DNA from: Lysobacteraceae bacterium
GTDB lineage: Bacteria; Pseudomonadota; Gammaproteobacteria; Xanthomonadales; Xanthomonadaceae
DNA: 57,729 nt
Direction of reading: 5' to 3'
Assembly (NCBI GenBank): GCA_003505795.1
Contig: DNXT01000303.1
Span: 1 to 57,729 of the forward strand
A program made the position numbers and the translations under genes. Below the pieces are notes generated by a model that did no database searches, was not told the origin of the DNA, and saw nothing but the letters and a program-made list of their open reading frames with translations. This document shows positions 32,294-41,686 of this stretch, one piece after another (positions within the stretch are counted from its first letter, which is position 1; every line of letters starts with the position of its first letter).

Positions 32294-33312
32294 GGCCGAA
32301 CGCCCTCGGCTGCATGACGACCGTCCGCGACCACGCATTGCGCCGGCGGTGCCTTTCCGTCCAATACAGCAACGACGCACTGGGCGGCTACCATGTTTGT
32401 GCGATCCAGGCCTTCTCGCGTGGAGGCGCCGGAGTGCGGTTGCGTAATGACATTGGGCAGCCCCGCAAGCTCCAGGGTGACGTCGGCGTACGAGGGGTCG
32501 GATTCGCTCATGAACACGTCCAGCCCGGCACCGGCCAGACGCTGCGCCTTCAACGCCACCAGCAGGTCACGATCCTCGACGAGTCCGCCTCGCGCGGTGT
32601 TGATCACGAAAGCGCCAGGCTTCATGATTCGGATGGTCTCGTCCCGAATCATGCATCGGGTCTCTGCCGTCAGCGGCGCGTGGAGCGTGACGTAGTCGCT
32701 TTGCGACAACAGCGTTTCCACATCCACATAGCGCACGTCGTCGCCAGCGGCCAAGGCCTCATCTCGGCGGGGCGCATGCACCAGTATCTGCGTATCGAAC
32801 CCTTTGAGCCGCTTGATCACGCTCGTACCGATGCGGCCTGCACCGACAACCCCCACTGTCTTGCCGTACAGGTCCGTCCCCAGCGGAATCGAAAACGAGC
32901 CTTTGGCTACATTGGCTTGCCCTTCACGGAATCTGCGGCCGAGCGCAAGCATCAAGCCGATCGCCTGATCGGCGACCGTGGCGTCGTTGCCCCCGGCGGC
33001 AATCGTCGCCACACGGCCAAGCCCGTGGACAGCCTTGGTATCCACACGCTCGTACCCTACCCCGCGACGAGCGATGACCCGGAGCTCCGGCAGGGCCTCG
33101 AGAAGTTCGCGCGTCACGCGAGCATGGCCGACGATCCAGCCTGCAGCCCCGGCGAGCCATTGCAGGAGCGTCTCGACGGGAACGTCGCCATCGCCTTTGC
33201 CCGGCGGCAAGTCCGCAATGACGACCTCGCAACCGTTTGCCTCCAGGTATGCAACGGTCCTGTCGTCGAAAAAACGCTGCGTAACGACCACTTTTCGGAT
33301 TCCGGACATCAT
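32290..33312 (-). CDS. D-isomer-specific 2-hydroxyacid dehydrogenase
   Basis: The NAD-binding motif is GVVGAGRIGTSV and the catalytic region is NTARGGLVD...H. The start is chosen at ATG 33312 after AGGGA. Confidence 0.85.
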   Translation of the reverse strand: MMSGIRKVVVTQRFFDDRTVAYLEANGCEVVIADLPPGKGDGDVPVETLLQWLAGAAGWIVGHARVTRELLEALPELRVIARRGVGYERVDTKAVHGLGRVATIAAGGNDATVADQAIGLMLALGRRFREGQANVAKGSFSIPLGTDLYGKTVGVVGAGRIGTSVIKRLKGFDTQILVHAPRRDEALAAGDDVRYVDVETLLSQSDYVTLHAPLTAETRCMIRDETIRIMKPGAFVINTARGGLVEDRDLLVALKAQRLAGAGLDVFMSESDPSYADVTLELAGLPNVITQPHSGASTREGLDRTNMVAAQCVVAVLDGKAPPAQCVVADGRHAAEGVRP

Positions 33313-33341
33313 TCTGGGTCCCTTGTCCGCCATGTACCAGA

Positions 33342-33650
33342 TCAATCCAAGGCGATGTCCAGTAGGCGCACGTATTGCTGTCCGCAATGCATGTCGCGCT
33401 CGACCACACCACCTTGCGAGCTGGTCCGTGGGTAGGAAATCTTCACGGTATTGAGGCCGGGAACCGAGAAGCGCTTCACCAGCTTCGGATCCGCCCCGTA
33501 CAGCTTGGCAACGCTCGCAGCGCTCAATGCCTCACTTTCGCTGTACCTGGCAAAGTTCTCGGGACCATCGAAGAACAGATCGATGGTCACCCAAAAGGGG
33601 CCGGCCGCCTTGGAACGCAGGTTGCGGCACACATCCTTGACGGTCTTCAT
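33342..33650 (-). CDS. DUF4387-type small protein (102 aa), the usual partner of AtuA/DUF1446
   Basis: MKTVKDVCRNLRSKAAGPFWVTIDLFFD... The ATG overlaps the upstream TGA. The longer track ORF (to 34169) is out of context. Confidence 0.7.
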   Translation of the reverse strand: MKTVKDVCRNLRSKAAGPFWVTIDLFFDGPENFARYSESEALSAASVAKLYGADPKLVKRFSVPGLNTVKISYPRTSSQGGVVERDMHCGQQYVRLLDIALD

Positions 33651-35032
33651 CAAGCGGCCTCCGCCTTCTTCCCGTCGATCCATTTCGTGCGCACGAGTTC
33701 CATGGGGTGCTCGGTTTCGATGACATGGTTGAGCTTGAACTCGAAGACCTGTCCCCGCTCGATGTCGGCCGGGGAGAACGCAAAGCCGTACGACGGGAGT
33801 TCTTCTTCCATGTCGATCGGGAAATGGAAGAAATAGGGATTGCAGGCCTTGGCGATCTGGGTCGCGATTTCCTGGGTGTCTGCAGTGGCCACGAACAGCA
33901 TGCCGATCTCCCGCGGCGGTGCAGTGCCTTCGGGAGGCTTGTCCCCCGATACGGCATTCCAACCGTACATGCGCAGGGAGATGTGGAAGTCCCCTGCCGC
34001 GACACCGACCGTGCGGCGGGTGCGCTCGTACAGCGCTTCCAGCATCTTGTCGTGGAATTCGTCGAGGCGAGCCAGCACCTTGGGATCCTGAATGCCGATC
34101 AGCATGATCGTCTGATAACGACCACCCCCGGCTCCCTCCAGCTTCATGGTGTAGGGCTGCGGCTCCCATGCGGATCCGGTAACCCGGACCACCCGCTCGG
34201 AGACCTGCTCATAGAGGGCTTCGGTAACGTTGAGGATGCCGCCCGGCTCCACCAGGCGAAAGGGATCGCTGTTCTCGTAGAGCATATGCGCCGACACGCT
34301 TTCCGGGCTGCAGCGATTCGCCGCCTTCAGCGGCTCGACTTCGAACCCGTTGGCGTCGATGCTGATCAACACGCCCATGCCCATGCGTTCCACGGCGCAC
34401 TGCGCCCCGCACTCGGCGATCTTGGCGGCGTGCCAAGCCGGGCCGGCCGGTGCACCTTTCATGAGCGCATAGCTGGCGAGCACGGCGGTATCGGTCGTGC
34501 GGCCACCCAGCACGATGTCGGCTCCGGCCCGCAAAGCCTCGATGTAGGGCTCTGCGCCCATGACGGCGACGATGTGGTCGCATGCGTCGATCGAGCTATC
34601 CTCAAGCGCGCCCAGCGGAGGAAGCGGTCGAATCCTGCCAGCGGCGTTCTTCGCTTTCAGCAACGCCTTGTCCTGTTCCGAATACAGCAGCGCGATGCGC
34701 GGGTTCTGTCCTAGCTCCCGGGCGACTTCCAACACGATGTCGCACGTCCAATCGACGTTCTTGTCGCCGCCGGCCTGGCCGCAGGTTCCGACGATCAGCG
34801 GAATGCCCGCTTCGGCACGCGCCTTCATGAGCAGTTCCAGGTCCCGCTTGACGGCTCCGCGGTTGTTCTTCGAGATACCGAGAGCCAAGTAAGCTGCACC
34901 GCTGTCGGTCGAGCCGGCATCCGTCGCAATGGCATGCGCCCCTTGGGCGACGCCGTAACGCACTTCCTCCTCGTCGGCACCAGCGCCGAGGCTCCCGACG
35001 GGAACGAGGATCTTGATGGGAGACTGCAACAT
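33650..35032 (-). CDS. AtuA-like acyclic terpene utilisation family protein (DUF1446)
   Basis: The N-terminus is IKILVPVGSLGAGADEEEVRYGVAQGAHAIATDAGSTDSGAAYLA. The start at ATG 35032 follows GGAGAA. Confidence 0.8.
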   Translation of the reverse strand: MLQSPIKILVPVGSLGAGADEEEVRYGVAQGAHAIATDAGSTDSGAAYLALGISKNNRGAVKRDLELLMKARAEAGIPLIVGTCGQAGGDKNVDWTCDIVLEVARELGQNPRIALLYSEQDKALLKAKNAAGRIRPLPPLGALEDSSIDACDHIVAVMGAEPYIEALRAGADIVLGGRTTDTAVLASYALMKGAPAGPAWHAAKIAECGAQCAVERMGMGVLISIDANGFEVEPLKAANRCSPESVSAHMLYENSDPFRLVEPGGILNVTEALYEQVSERVVRVTGSAWEPQPYTMKLEGAGGGRYQTIMLIGIQDPKVLARLDEFHDKMLEALYERTRRTVGVAAGDFHISLRMYGWNAVSGDKPPEGTAPPREIGMLFVATADTQEIATQIAKACNPYFFHFPIDMEEELPSYGFAFSPADIERGQVFEFKLNHVIETEHPMELVRTKWIDGKKAEAA

Positions 35033-35103
35033 CGGAAGGGTTCTCCAGAATGGCTTGATCGGCACCGGGCACTGCGCTGCCTGCTCACGGCATCTTATTC
35101 CAT

Positions 35104-35132
35104 GGATTCAATGTGTCAATGTTTTGGATCCA
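35104..35132 (-). promoter_or_regulatory. Promoter/operator copy c: GGATCC box, TTGACA, GAATCC box (read on the minus strand), upstream of the atuA-like operon
   Basis: The minus strand reads TGGATCCAAAACATTGACACATTGAATCC, then TAAGAT lies 16 nt after TTGACA. The architecture matches 40321-40357 and 41464-41499. Confidence 0.4.
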
Positions 35133-35258
35133 TTTTTTGCCGGAGATAGAAACACCCGATCACGCCCGCGGCATGCCGCCACCGGGGATCAGGTGTCCAG
35201 GCGCGCCGATGTCCCGCAGAGCGAGTTCATGGGGAGGGCGTACCTGAACCTGGTTGGC

Positions 35259-36335
35259 TTATTCGATCGCGTCGGCGATCGCCCGCCCACAAGCGATGGT
35301 TCCCGCGGATCCCCCCAGATCGGGCGTTCGGAACGCGGGCTCGGCGAGAACCCGCTCGATCGCCTTGACGATGGCGGCGGCGGCGGCGTGCTCGCCCAGG
35401 TGATCGAGCATCAACGCCGCCGCCCAGATCTGTCCTACCGGGTTGGCGACCCCCTTGCCGGCAATATCCGGAGCGGAGCCGTGAACCGGCTCGAACAGCG
35501 ACGGGAACTTCCGCTCCGGATTGATGTTGGCGGCCGGCGCGATGCCGATGGTGCCCGTGCATGCAGGACCGAGGTCCGACAGGATATCGCCGAACAGATT
35601 TGACGCCACGACGACGTCGAACCAGTCCGGATGCTGCACGAAGTGTGCAGTCAGGATGTCGATGTGGTACTTGTCCCAGCGAATGTCGGGATAGCTGGCG
35701 GCCATGGCCTCCACCCGCTCGTCCCAATACGGCATCGTGATGGAAATGCCGTTCGACTTGGTCGCCGATGTCAGATGCCTTTTCTCGCGGCGGCGAGCGA
35801 GCTCGAATGCATAGCTGAGGACGCGATCGATGCCGATACGCGTCATGACGGTCTCCTGCAGCACGAATTCGCGCTCGGTCCCCGGGAACATCCGTCCACC
35901 GATGGACGAGTACTCCCCCTCGGTGTTTTCCCGCACCACATAGAAATCGATGTCGCCTGGCTTGCGTCCAGCCAGAGGACATGGAACCCCCGGCATCAGC
36001 TTGACCGGTCGCAGGTTGACGTACTGGTCGAATTCGCGCCTGAACTGGATCAGCGAACCCCAAAGCGACACATGGTCCGGCACCGACTCCGGCCAACCTA
36101 CCGCGCCGAAGAAGATGGCGTCGTGCGCTCCGATCTGATTCTTCCAATCGGGGGGCATCATGCTGCCGTGCTTCAGATGGTAATCGCACGAGGCGAAGTC
36201 GAAGTGGTCGTATTCGAAGCCACAGCCGTAACGGCGAGAAATGGACTCCAGGACGCGGATCCCCTCGGGCACCACCTCCTTCCCGATGCCGTCGCCAGGG
36301 ATAACTGCGATCCTATGTTTGCGCGCTGGACTCAT
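35259..36335 (-). CDS. Tartrate dehydrogenase/decarboxylase / D-malate dehydrogenase (isopropylmalate dehydrogenase superfamily)
   Basis: Strong family match: HRIAVIPGDGIGKEVVPEG, FDFASCDYHLKHGSMMPPDW, DAIFFGAVGWPESVPDHVSLWGSLIQFRREFDQYVNLRP, NLFGDILSDL. Confidence 0.9.
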   Translation of the reverse strand: MSPARKHRIAVIPGDGIGKEVVPEGIRVLESISRRYGCGFEYDHFDFASCDYHLKHGSMMPPDWKNQIGAHDAIFFGAVGWPESVPDHVSLWGSLIQFRREFDQYVNLRPVKLMPGVPCPLAGRKPGDIDFYVVRENTEGEYSSIGGRMFPGTEREFVLQETVMTRIGIDRVLSYAFELARRREKRHLTSATKSNGISITMPYWDERVEAMAASYPDIRWDKYHIDILTAHFVQHPDWFDVVVASNLFGDILSDLGPACTGTIGIAPAANINPERKFPSLFEPVHGSAPDIAGKGVANPVGQIWAAALMLDHLGEHAAAAAIVKAIERVLAEPAFRTPDLGGSAGTIACGRAIADAIE

Positions 36336-36586
36336 GTCGATTCTCCTTGCTCGTTCCTGCACTCGACTGGATTTCGATCCCCTCACGCACGCCGACGCCA
36401 AGCGTTCCACGCGGGGAAATCGGTTTTACGGGCGTGTTCAAGTCTTTGCTCATCATCCAGCCCGCGCAGACGCATGTGCACTGCGCGAATCGTTGCCCCG
36501 AGATGCCCGGCATTCCCGCCGAAGAAAGCCCCAACGCTTTCGCCATGCTGGATCTGTCGGCGAGGAGATCGACATTCAGGCCATGA

Positions 36587-37867
36587 CTAGAACGCCTTCC
36601 ATGTGCCATCTTTCAGCCGGTTGTACGTCGCTCGCTGACATTCGGCGAAAATTCCCAGATAACGATCGATGCCGTCAGGCCCCATGGCGAACGGGTTTGG
36701 TCCATCGGGGCGAGCCTTGAGTTGCCGGAGATGGTAGAACATGGCCGACTGATATCCATGGGTATTGATGACCGTGTCCGCGCCAACCTGCCCGGCAATC
36801 GCCCGAAGATAGTTCGTGGATTCGGCATACTGCCTCGCCTGCTCGGGTCCGTCGTTGCCGCTCATGACCAGAAGATGCCGCATCTGACCGTGGTCTTTCA
36901 CTGGAACGATGTAATGGGTCTGCCCGGGCGTGTGCCCTGGGGCAAGGACAGCGTAAACTCGTGTGGACGGACCGACTTCGATGACGTCCATCCCGGTCCT
37001 TACGCCAGGATCGGACTTCACCAGGATATCGAACTTGCCGGGAATCGCTTCCAGGCGACGAGCGCGCAGCGCCGCCTTCCCTTCCGGCGTATCGGCCGTC
37101 TCGTCACCGAAAGGCATCGCTTTTCGTTCCATCAAAGTATCAGGCGTCGTGCCGGCCAGAACCGCCTTGCGCGCATTCATCATCAGCTCGGCGTCTGGCT
37201 CGCCGATAACGACTGGCGCATTTGGAGCCAGCTTGCTGGCGGCATTGATTCCGCCAGTATGATCCCAGTGGTAATGACCGATGAAGATATAGCGGATTTC
37301 CGTCGGATCAAGGCCGGCCGCCTTCATCTGGGAGGCGACTAGTCTGTACTGCCCGGGATTGGTCATCGTATCGAAGAGAAGCAGGCCGTCAGTCGACTTC
37401 ACCACTACCACCCCAAGACCGTCCGCACCGAAATACCAGACGTTGTCCAGGAACCGTACGCCATCCTCCGGCATCAATCGGTCCGCGGTGTCCTTGTGGA
37501 AGAACCCTCCCGGCGAAATGTAGTCGCGCTCGATATCCAGGGGCTTGTCCACGTCCTGCCCGGCCCCCGCGTCTTCCGGGTCGCGGTAACCCGTCTCGCA
37601 CCAGATGCGGTATTCCCAGCCAATCAGCGGATTGTCGTCAGCGCCCGCCAGGGCCCTGGCGGCGTCGTTGTAGGCCTTCGCCAATGGAAGGTCGGGCTTC
37701 AGCGGTCCACGGAAGGGTTTCGCTTCAACTACGGAGCGGCTCGCACTTGCGGGGCCCGGCGCTTGCGCGAAGGCACAGCCTGCGACCAGGCATCCGACCA
37801 GGACAATCGAGATCGACTGGGTTTTCAAAACGGGGCTCCGGATGCGTTGCCGATATGGCGCGAACAT
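36587..37867 (-). CDS. Secreted MBL-fold metallo-hydrolase
   Basis: A signal/lipobox-like N-terminus (LVGCLVAGCAFAQA) and the metal motif HYHWDH are present. The gene starts 29 nt after the TonB-receptor stop. Confidence 0.8.
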   Translation of the reverse strand: MFAPYRQRIRSPVLKTQSISIVLVGCLVAGCAFAQAPGPASASRSVVEAKPFRGPLKPDLPLAKAYNDAARALAGADDNPLIGWEYRIWCETGYRDPEDAGAGQDVDKPLDIERDYISPGGFFHKDTADRLMPEDGVRFLDNVWYFGADGLGVVVVKSTDGLLLFDTMTNPGQYRLVASQMKAAGLDPTEIRYIFIGHYHWDHTGGINAASKLAPNAPVVIGEPDAELMMNARKAVLAGTTPDTLMERKAMPFGDETADTPEGKAALRARRLEAIPGKFDILVKSDPGVRTGMDVIEVGPSTRVYAVLAPGHTPGQTHYIVPVKDHGQMRHLLVMSGNDGPEQARQYAESTNYLRAIAGQVGADTVINTHGYQSAMFYHLRQLKARPDGPNPFAMGPDGIDRYLGIFAECQRATYNRLKDGTWKAF

Positions 37868-37896
37868 CGTTCGAATGCACTACGCGGCCTGTGACG

Positions 37897-40278
37897 TCAG
37901 TGTTTCCAGGAAAGAGTCAGGCCATACGTGGTCGGCTCGTTGAACTGGGCAAAATTCGATCCTAGCAGTCCGCCTTGCCACACCCGGGTTCGCTCGTCTG
38001 TCAGGTTCTTGCCCCATAGCGACAGGGAAAGGCCATTGCCAAAATTCTCCAGCACGATGCGGGCGTCGATGAAGTGCGTGGGATCCCGAAGTTCAGGGGG
38101 CTGGTTGGTGTTGTCATCGAAGATCTTGCTCGTGTATCGGTAGTCCACAGCGAAGGTCAGCCATGGTCCGTTCGGAAGAATCGTGCTGTAGCTAGGCGAG
38201 ATCGTCAGCTTGTGCTTTGGAGTCCTCGATATCCGGTTTCCGGAATAGTCGACCCCTCCTTCCGTGAACTCGTCGAAAGTGGCATCCATGTACGCATAGG
38301 CGATAGAGGCGCCGAAGCCATTGGACGCATTGGCTATGAGCTGGGTCTCGTATCCGAAGACATGCGCCCTGCCTGCATTGCTGATGACGTTCCGTCCGTT
38401 CTCGCGCTGCGACGTCTGCATATCCGAATAGTCCAGATAGAAGAGCGTGTTGTTCCAGATCAGCGAGCCACCCAAGAACGCGCTCTTCTGCCCGATCTCG
38501 TACTGGATCGCATGCTCGGGCCGGTAAGGAACCGCGGCCGCGGCCGCGTCGCCGGCATCGCTATTGAGACCGCCACTCCTGTAGCCGCGCGCCACCGATG
38601 CATAAAGCATGTCGTCGGAAGTCACCTGGTATTTCGCCCCCGCCCGCCAGGTCCAGTCATCGTAGTGGACCGACGAATCCACGTCGTAGAATTCGTCTGC
38701 CCGCAATGGCGCATCGCTGTTGAGGTTGTTCACGCTCATGGTCTTGTCGTCATAGGAGTAGCGCAAGCCCCCGAATACGGACCATTTTTCGCCAACGGGA
38801 ACCGTCAGGTCGCCAAACGCCGCGTAGCTTTTCGTCGTCGCGTCCGCGTAGAATTCTTCGTAAATCGGGATTGGCGCAACAACGGCTGCATCCAGAGTAA
38901 GGATGTCGGACTTTCGCACCTTCTGATTGTAGTAGTAGAGGCCAACCACCCAGTCGATTTCACTGCTCGGCAGGGAGGCCAGGCGAAGCTCCAGACTGGA
39001 CATGTCCGAGTTTTCGTCCTCGCCGCCGCCGATATTGATCTGGTTATAGCCGGGCGACATCGGGTTCGGGTTGCCGCCATCGAAATCGTAGCGGAATCCC
39101 AGTTCGAGTTCGCGATACCCGCCCAGGACCGTCATGGTTCCGAAATCGAAGTCATTGGAGACTTCTGCTCGCAAGCCCCAGGTGTCGCGATTCTGATAGC
39201 CAGGATAGGATCCATACGTCACATCGGGATCCGGATTTGGCGTATAGAAATTCGAGAGCGGATTGGATGCATCCGGCTCCATGACATGGCCGGCAGGGCC
39301 CGTCGCACGGTCCCTGGTCCCATCAATTGAGAGAAGCACACGCAGTGAGTCAGTTGGTTCTGCAGCATATTGGAGCCGGGCACTCGTCGTCTCCTGGTCA
39401 TCGACATCCCGGTGGATTTCCGGATTTCTGACATATCCATCGTGCGAGCGACGGGATGCGGTGAGGCGCAGGGCGCTGCGATCCGACACCGGGAGGTTGA
39501 CGAAGCCGGAGCCATCAACGCGGTTATAGTTGCCGTAGGTGGCGCTGACGGATGCGTCGAAGGCACCGATCTCGGGCTTTTTAGTAATGACATTGACCGC
39601 GCCACCGACGACGTTGCGTCCGTAAAGTGTCCCTTGCGGACCCTTCAGCACCTCGATTCGTTCGACGTCGAAAACATCAAACGCAAAGGCCCCGGAACGA
39701 CCGATATAGATATCGTCCAGGAATGCAGCCGCGCTCGGTTCGTCGCCCGCTCCGCGGGCTGATGCCCCCATTCCCCGGATGAAAATCCGGGGCTGCGAAG
39801 GTGGAAATGCATCGAAGTCCATCCCTGGGGTTCTGGCCACAATGTCGCCGATTTGTTGTATGCGGGCCTCTTCGATTTCCTGCGCGCTGAATGCGGTTAT
39901 GGTGACAGGGACGTTCTGCAGCCTTTCCTCACGGCGCTGGGCGGTAACGACTACCTCTGCCAGATTGACGGTTTCTTGGGTTCCGTCCCTGGCACGGACT
40001 CCCGCAGGCACGCCCGCCGGTTGGGCCTGGTCCGGCACGGATTCCGTTTGCGGAGAAACCGCGGCGTCGACCCGTTGGTTTTCCGTCTGTTGCGCCGCAG
40101 CGGCCCCCGAATCCGCTTCCGCAGCCGTTTGGTCGACCGAATCTGACGCCGCCGTCTGCGCCAATGCAGCGCCGCCGGTAGCGACGGCAGCCACGACTAC
40201 GCCCCACGTGCAGGCAGCACGCTTCATCGTCCTCATAACCCCTCCCAGAGTCCCAGAGTTCGAGCTAGTTCTAGCCAT
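37897..40278 (-). CDS. TonB-dependent receptor
   Basis: It has a signal peptide, a plug (VVVTAQRREERLQNVPVTITAF), barrel motifs and a C-terminal ...YGLTLSWKH. The real start is probably ATG 40236 (MRTMKRAAC...). Confidence 0.9.
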   Translation of the reverse strand: MARTSSNSGTLGGVMRTMKRAACTWGVVVAAVATGGAALAQTAASDSVDQTAAEADSGAAAAQQTENQRVDAAVSPQTESVPDQAQPAGVPAGVRARDGTQETVNLAEVVVTAQRREERLQNVPVTITAFSAQEIEEARIQQIGDIVARTPGMDFDAFPPSQPRIFIRGMGASARGAGDEPSAAAFLDDIYIGRSGAFAFDVFDVERIEVLKGPQGTLYGRNVVGGAVNVITKKPEIGAFDASVSATYGNYNRVDGSGFVNLPVSDRSALRLTASRRSHDGYVRNPEIHRDVDDQETTSARLQYAAEPTDSLRVLLSIDGTRDRATGPAGHVMEPDASNPLSNFYTPNPDPDVTYGSYPGYQNRDTWGLRAEVSNDFDFGTMTVLGGYRELELGFRYDFDGGNPNPMSPGYNQINIGGGEDENSDMSSLELRLASLPSSEIDWVVGLYYYNQKVRKSDILTLDAAVVAPIPIYEEFYADATTKSYAAFGDLTVPVGEKWSVFGGLRYSYDDKTMSVNNLNSDAPLRADEFYDVDSSVHYDDWTWRAGAKYQVTSDDMLYASVARGYRSGGLNSDAGDAAAAAVPYRPEHAIQYEIGQKSAFLGGSLIWNNTLFYLDYSDMQTSQRENGRNVISNAGRAHVFGYETQLIANASNGFGASIAYAYMDATFDEFTEGGVDYSGNRISRTPKHKLTISPSYSTILPNGPWLTFAVDYRYTSKIFDDNTNQPPELRDPTHFIDARIVLENFGNGLSLSLWGKNLTDERTRVWQGGLLGSNFAQFNEPTTYGLTLSWKH

Positions 40279-40357
40279 TCCCAGCGATCAGCGTCGCCAG
40301 GGCGGATGGAGGGTACGTACAATGAATCCTTGTTGTCAACAAATTGGATCCAATTTG
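40137..40357 (-). repeat. Left arm of an inverted duplication (promoter plus the first ~40 codons of the TonB receptor)
   Basis: By manual alignment the reverse complement matches 41464-41686 at roughly nine of ten positions, with two small indels. Confidence 0.8.
40321..40357 (-). promoter_or_regulatory. Promoter/operator copy a: the 18-bp perfect palindrome CAAATTGGATCCAATTTG overlapping the palindrome TTGTTGTCAACAA (contains TTGACA), followed by GGATTC
   Basis: The palindromes lie at 40340-40357 and 40330-40342. On the minus strand the GGATCC and GGATTC boxes are 22 bp apart and bracket TTGACA, with TACCCT 18 nt downstream. Confidence 0.45.
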
Positions 40358-40389
40358 TCTCGTATCCGGGCCATGTCTCCCCCGCCGGG

Positions 40390-40665
40390 CCGTGGGCACG
40401 ATGATTGGCAGGCCGAAGAACCTCCAGGCTGCATACACTCCCGACAGGAGGATGATCCATCGCTCCGACCGCGAGCGGCACCTGCCGACCGGCGATGCCG
40501 AGCGGCTGGCCGAAGCCGGGATCGAATCGGTGGTAGGTAGTGTGGGCGACAGCTACGATGACGCGCTGGCCGAGACGATCAACCGGCTGTACAGGTTGAG
40601 GTGATCGGTCGGCGATCGTGGAAGAACCGCCAGCGCTGGCATCCGGACATAAGTTGGGAGTTCCA
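40390..40665 (+). mobile_element. Remnant of an IS3-family transposase (C-terminal part of the integrase core), frameshifted and truncated
   Basis: IHRSDRE...AERLAEAGIESVVGSVGDSYDDALAETINRLY resembles the IS3 orfB block HSDRGSQY...LAEAGI..SVGSVGDSYDNALAE. It continues in another frame (EVIGRRSWKN). No intact ORF or terminal repeats were seen. Confidence 0.6.
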
Positions 40666-40670
40666 AGACA

Positions 40671-41438
40671 GTGAAGCGAAAGAAGAGGGACGAGGCGGTG
40701 GACCTCGCCGGGCTCGCCGATCCGCAGCATACGGAGCCGGCCATCCATACGGTTCTGATCCGGCTACGCGAGATGATCGTGACCGGTCAGATCGCGCCGG
40801 GCACCCGGTTGCGTGCCGAAGGAATCGCCGATGAGTTGCAGGTATCGAGAACGCCGGTACGCAGCGCCCTTGCGGTTCTGTCGGCTGAAGGCTTGGTGAC
40901 GTACAGCACGAACCGCGGATATACGGTGCATGCCGTGACGATCAGGGATGTGCTGGATTCGATCGAGGTGCGGGCCAACCTCGAGAGCCTGGCATGCCGG
41001 CTTTGTGTGGATCGCGGCTGGGCGGCGGACGACCTCGACCGGTTGGAGGGCATCGTGCGGCGTGGCCGCGAGATCGTCGATCGCGGTGATTGGTCCGAGC
41101 AGATCGAGACCAGCTGGTATATCCAGAACTTCGCCTTCCATCGGTCCATCCATCGCGCCACGAACAACGCCGTACTGAGAAATTCGATTCGGATGACCGT
41201 GATCTATCCGGTGTTCGGTGATGTAATTCGCGTTTGCCCGATCGTGGCTGCGCATGTACCACACCGGGCGCGCCTGATTCCGGAAGCCCCTCCCTCGCAT
41301 GTTGTGCAGTCGCAAGGCGAACACGAGCAGCTGCTTGACGCCATGCGCCGTGGCGATATCGAAGAGTCTGGCCGGATCATGTGCGAGCACGTGATCTCGA
41401 CCAAGACGCGGGTGCACGCGGCCGCCACCTTGCGCTGA
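40671..41438 (+). CDS. GntR/FadR-family transcriptional regulator
   Basis: GTG start. It has a winged HTH (LRAEGIADELQVSRTPVRSALAVLSAEGLVTYSTNRGYTV) and a helical FCD-like C-domain. Confidence 0.85.
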   Translation: MKRKKRDEAVDLAGLADPQHTEPAIHTVLIRLREMIVTGQIAPGTRLRAEGIADELQVSRTPVRSALAVLSAEGLVTYSTNRGYTVHAVTIRDVLDSIEVRANLESLACRLCVDRGWAADDLDRLEGIVRRGREIVDRGDWSEQIETSWYIQNFAFHRSIHRATNNAVLRNSIRMTVIYPVFGDVIRVCPIVAAHVPHRARLIPEAPPSHVVQSQGEHEQLLDAMRRGDIEESGRIMCEHVISTKTRVHAAATLR

Positions 41439-41463
41439 GGCGATCGACATCCAAAAAATGCAT

Positions 41464-41499
41464 CAATTGAATCCAATTTGTTGACATCAAGGATTCATT
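41464..41499 (+). promoter_or_regulatory. Promoter/operator copy b: GAATCC box, TTGACA, GGATTC box upstream of the leader ORF and citrate-transporter operon
   Basis: The sequence is CAATTGAATCCAATTTGTTGACATCAAGGATTCATT. The boxes are 22 bp apart and TACCCT lies 18 nt after TTGACA. Confidence 0.4.
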
Positions 41500-41686
41500 G
41501 TGCATACCCTCCTTCCGCCCCGGCGATGCTGATCGCTGGGGATGGCTAGAACTGGCTCGAACTCTGGAACTCTGGGAGGGGTTATGAGGACGATGAAGCG
41601 TGCTGCCTGCACGTGGGGCGTAGTCGTGGCTGCCGTCGCTACCGGCGGCGCTGCAGTGGTGCAGACGGCGGCGGCGGTCGATTCGG
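41464..41686 (+). repeat. Right arm of the inverted duplication
   Basis: See the 40137-40357 feature. Confidence 0.8.
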
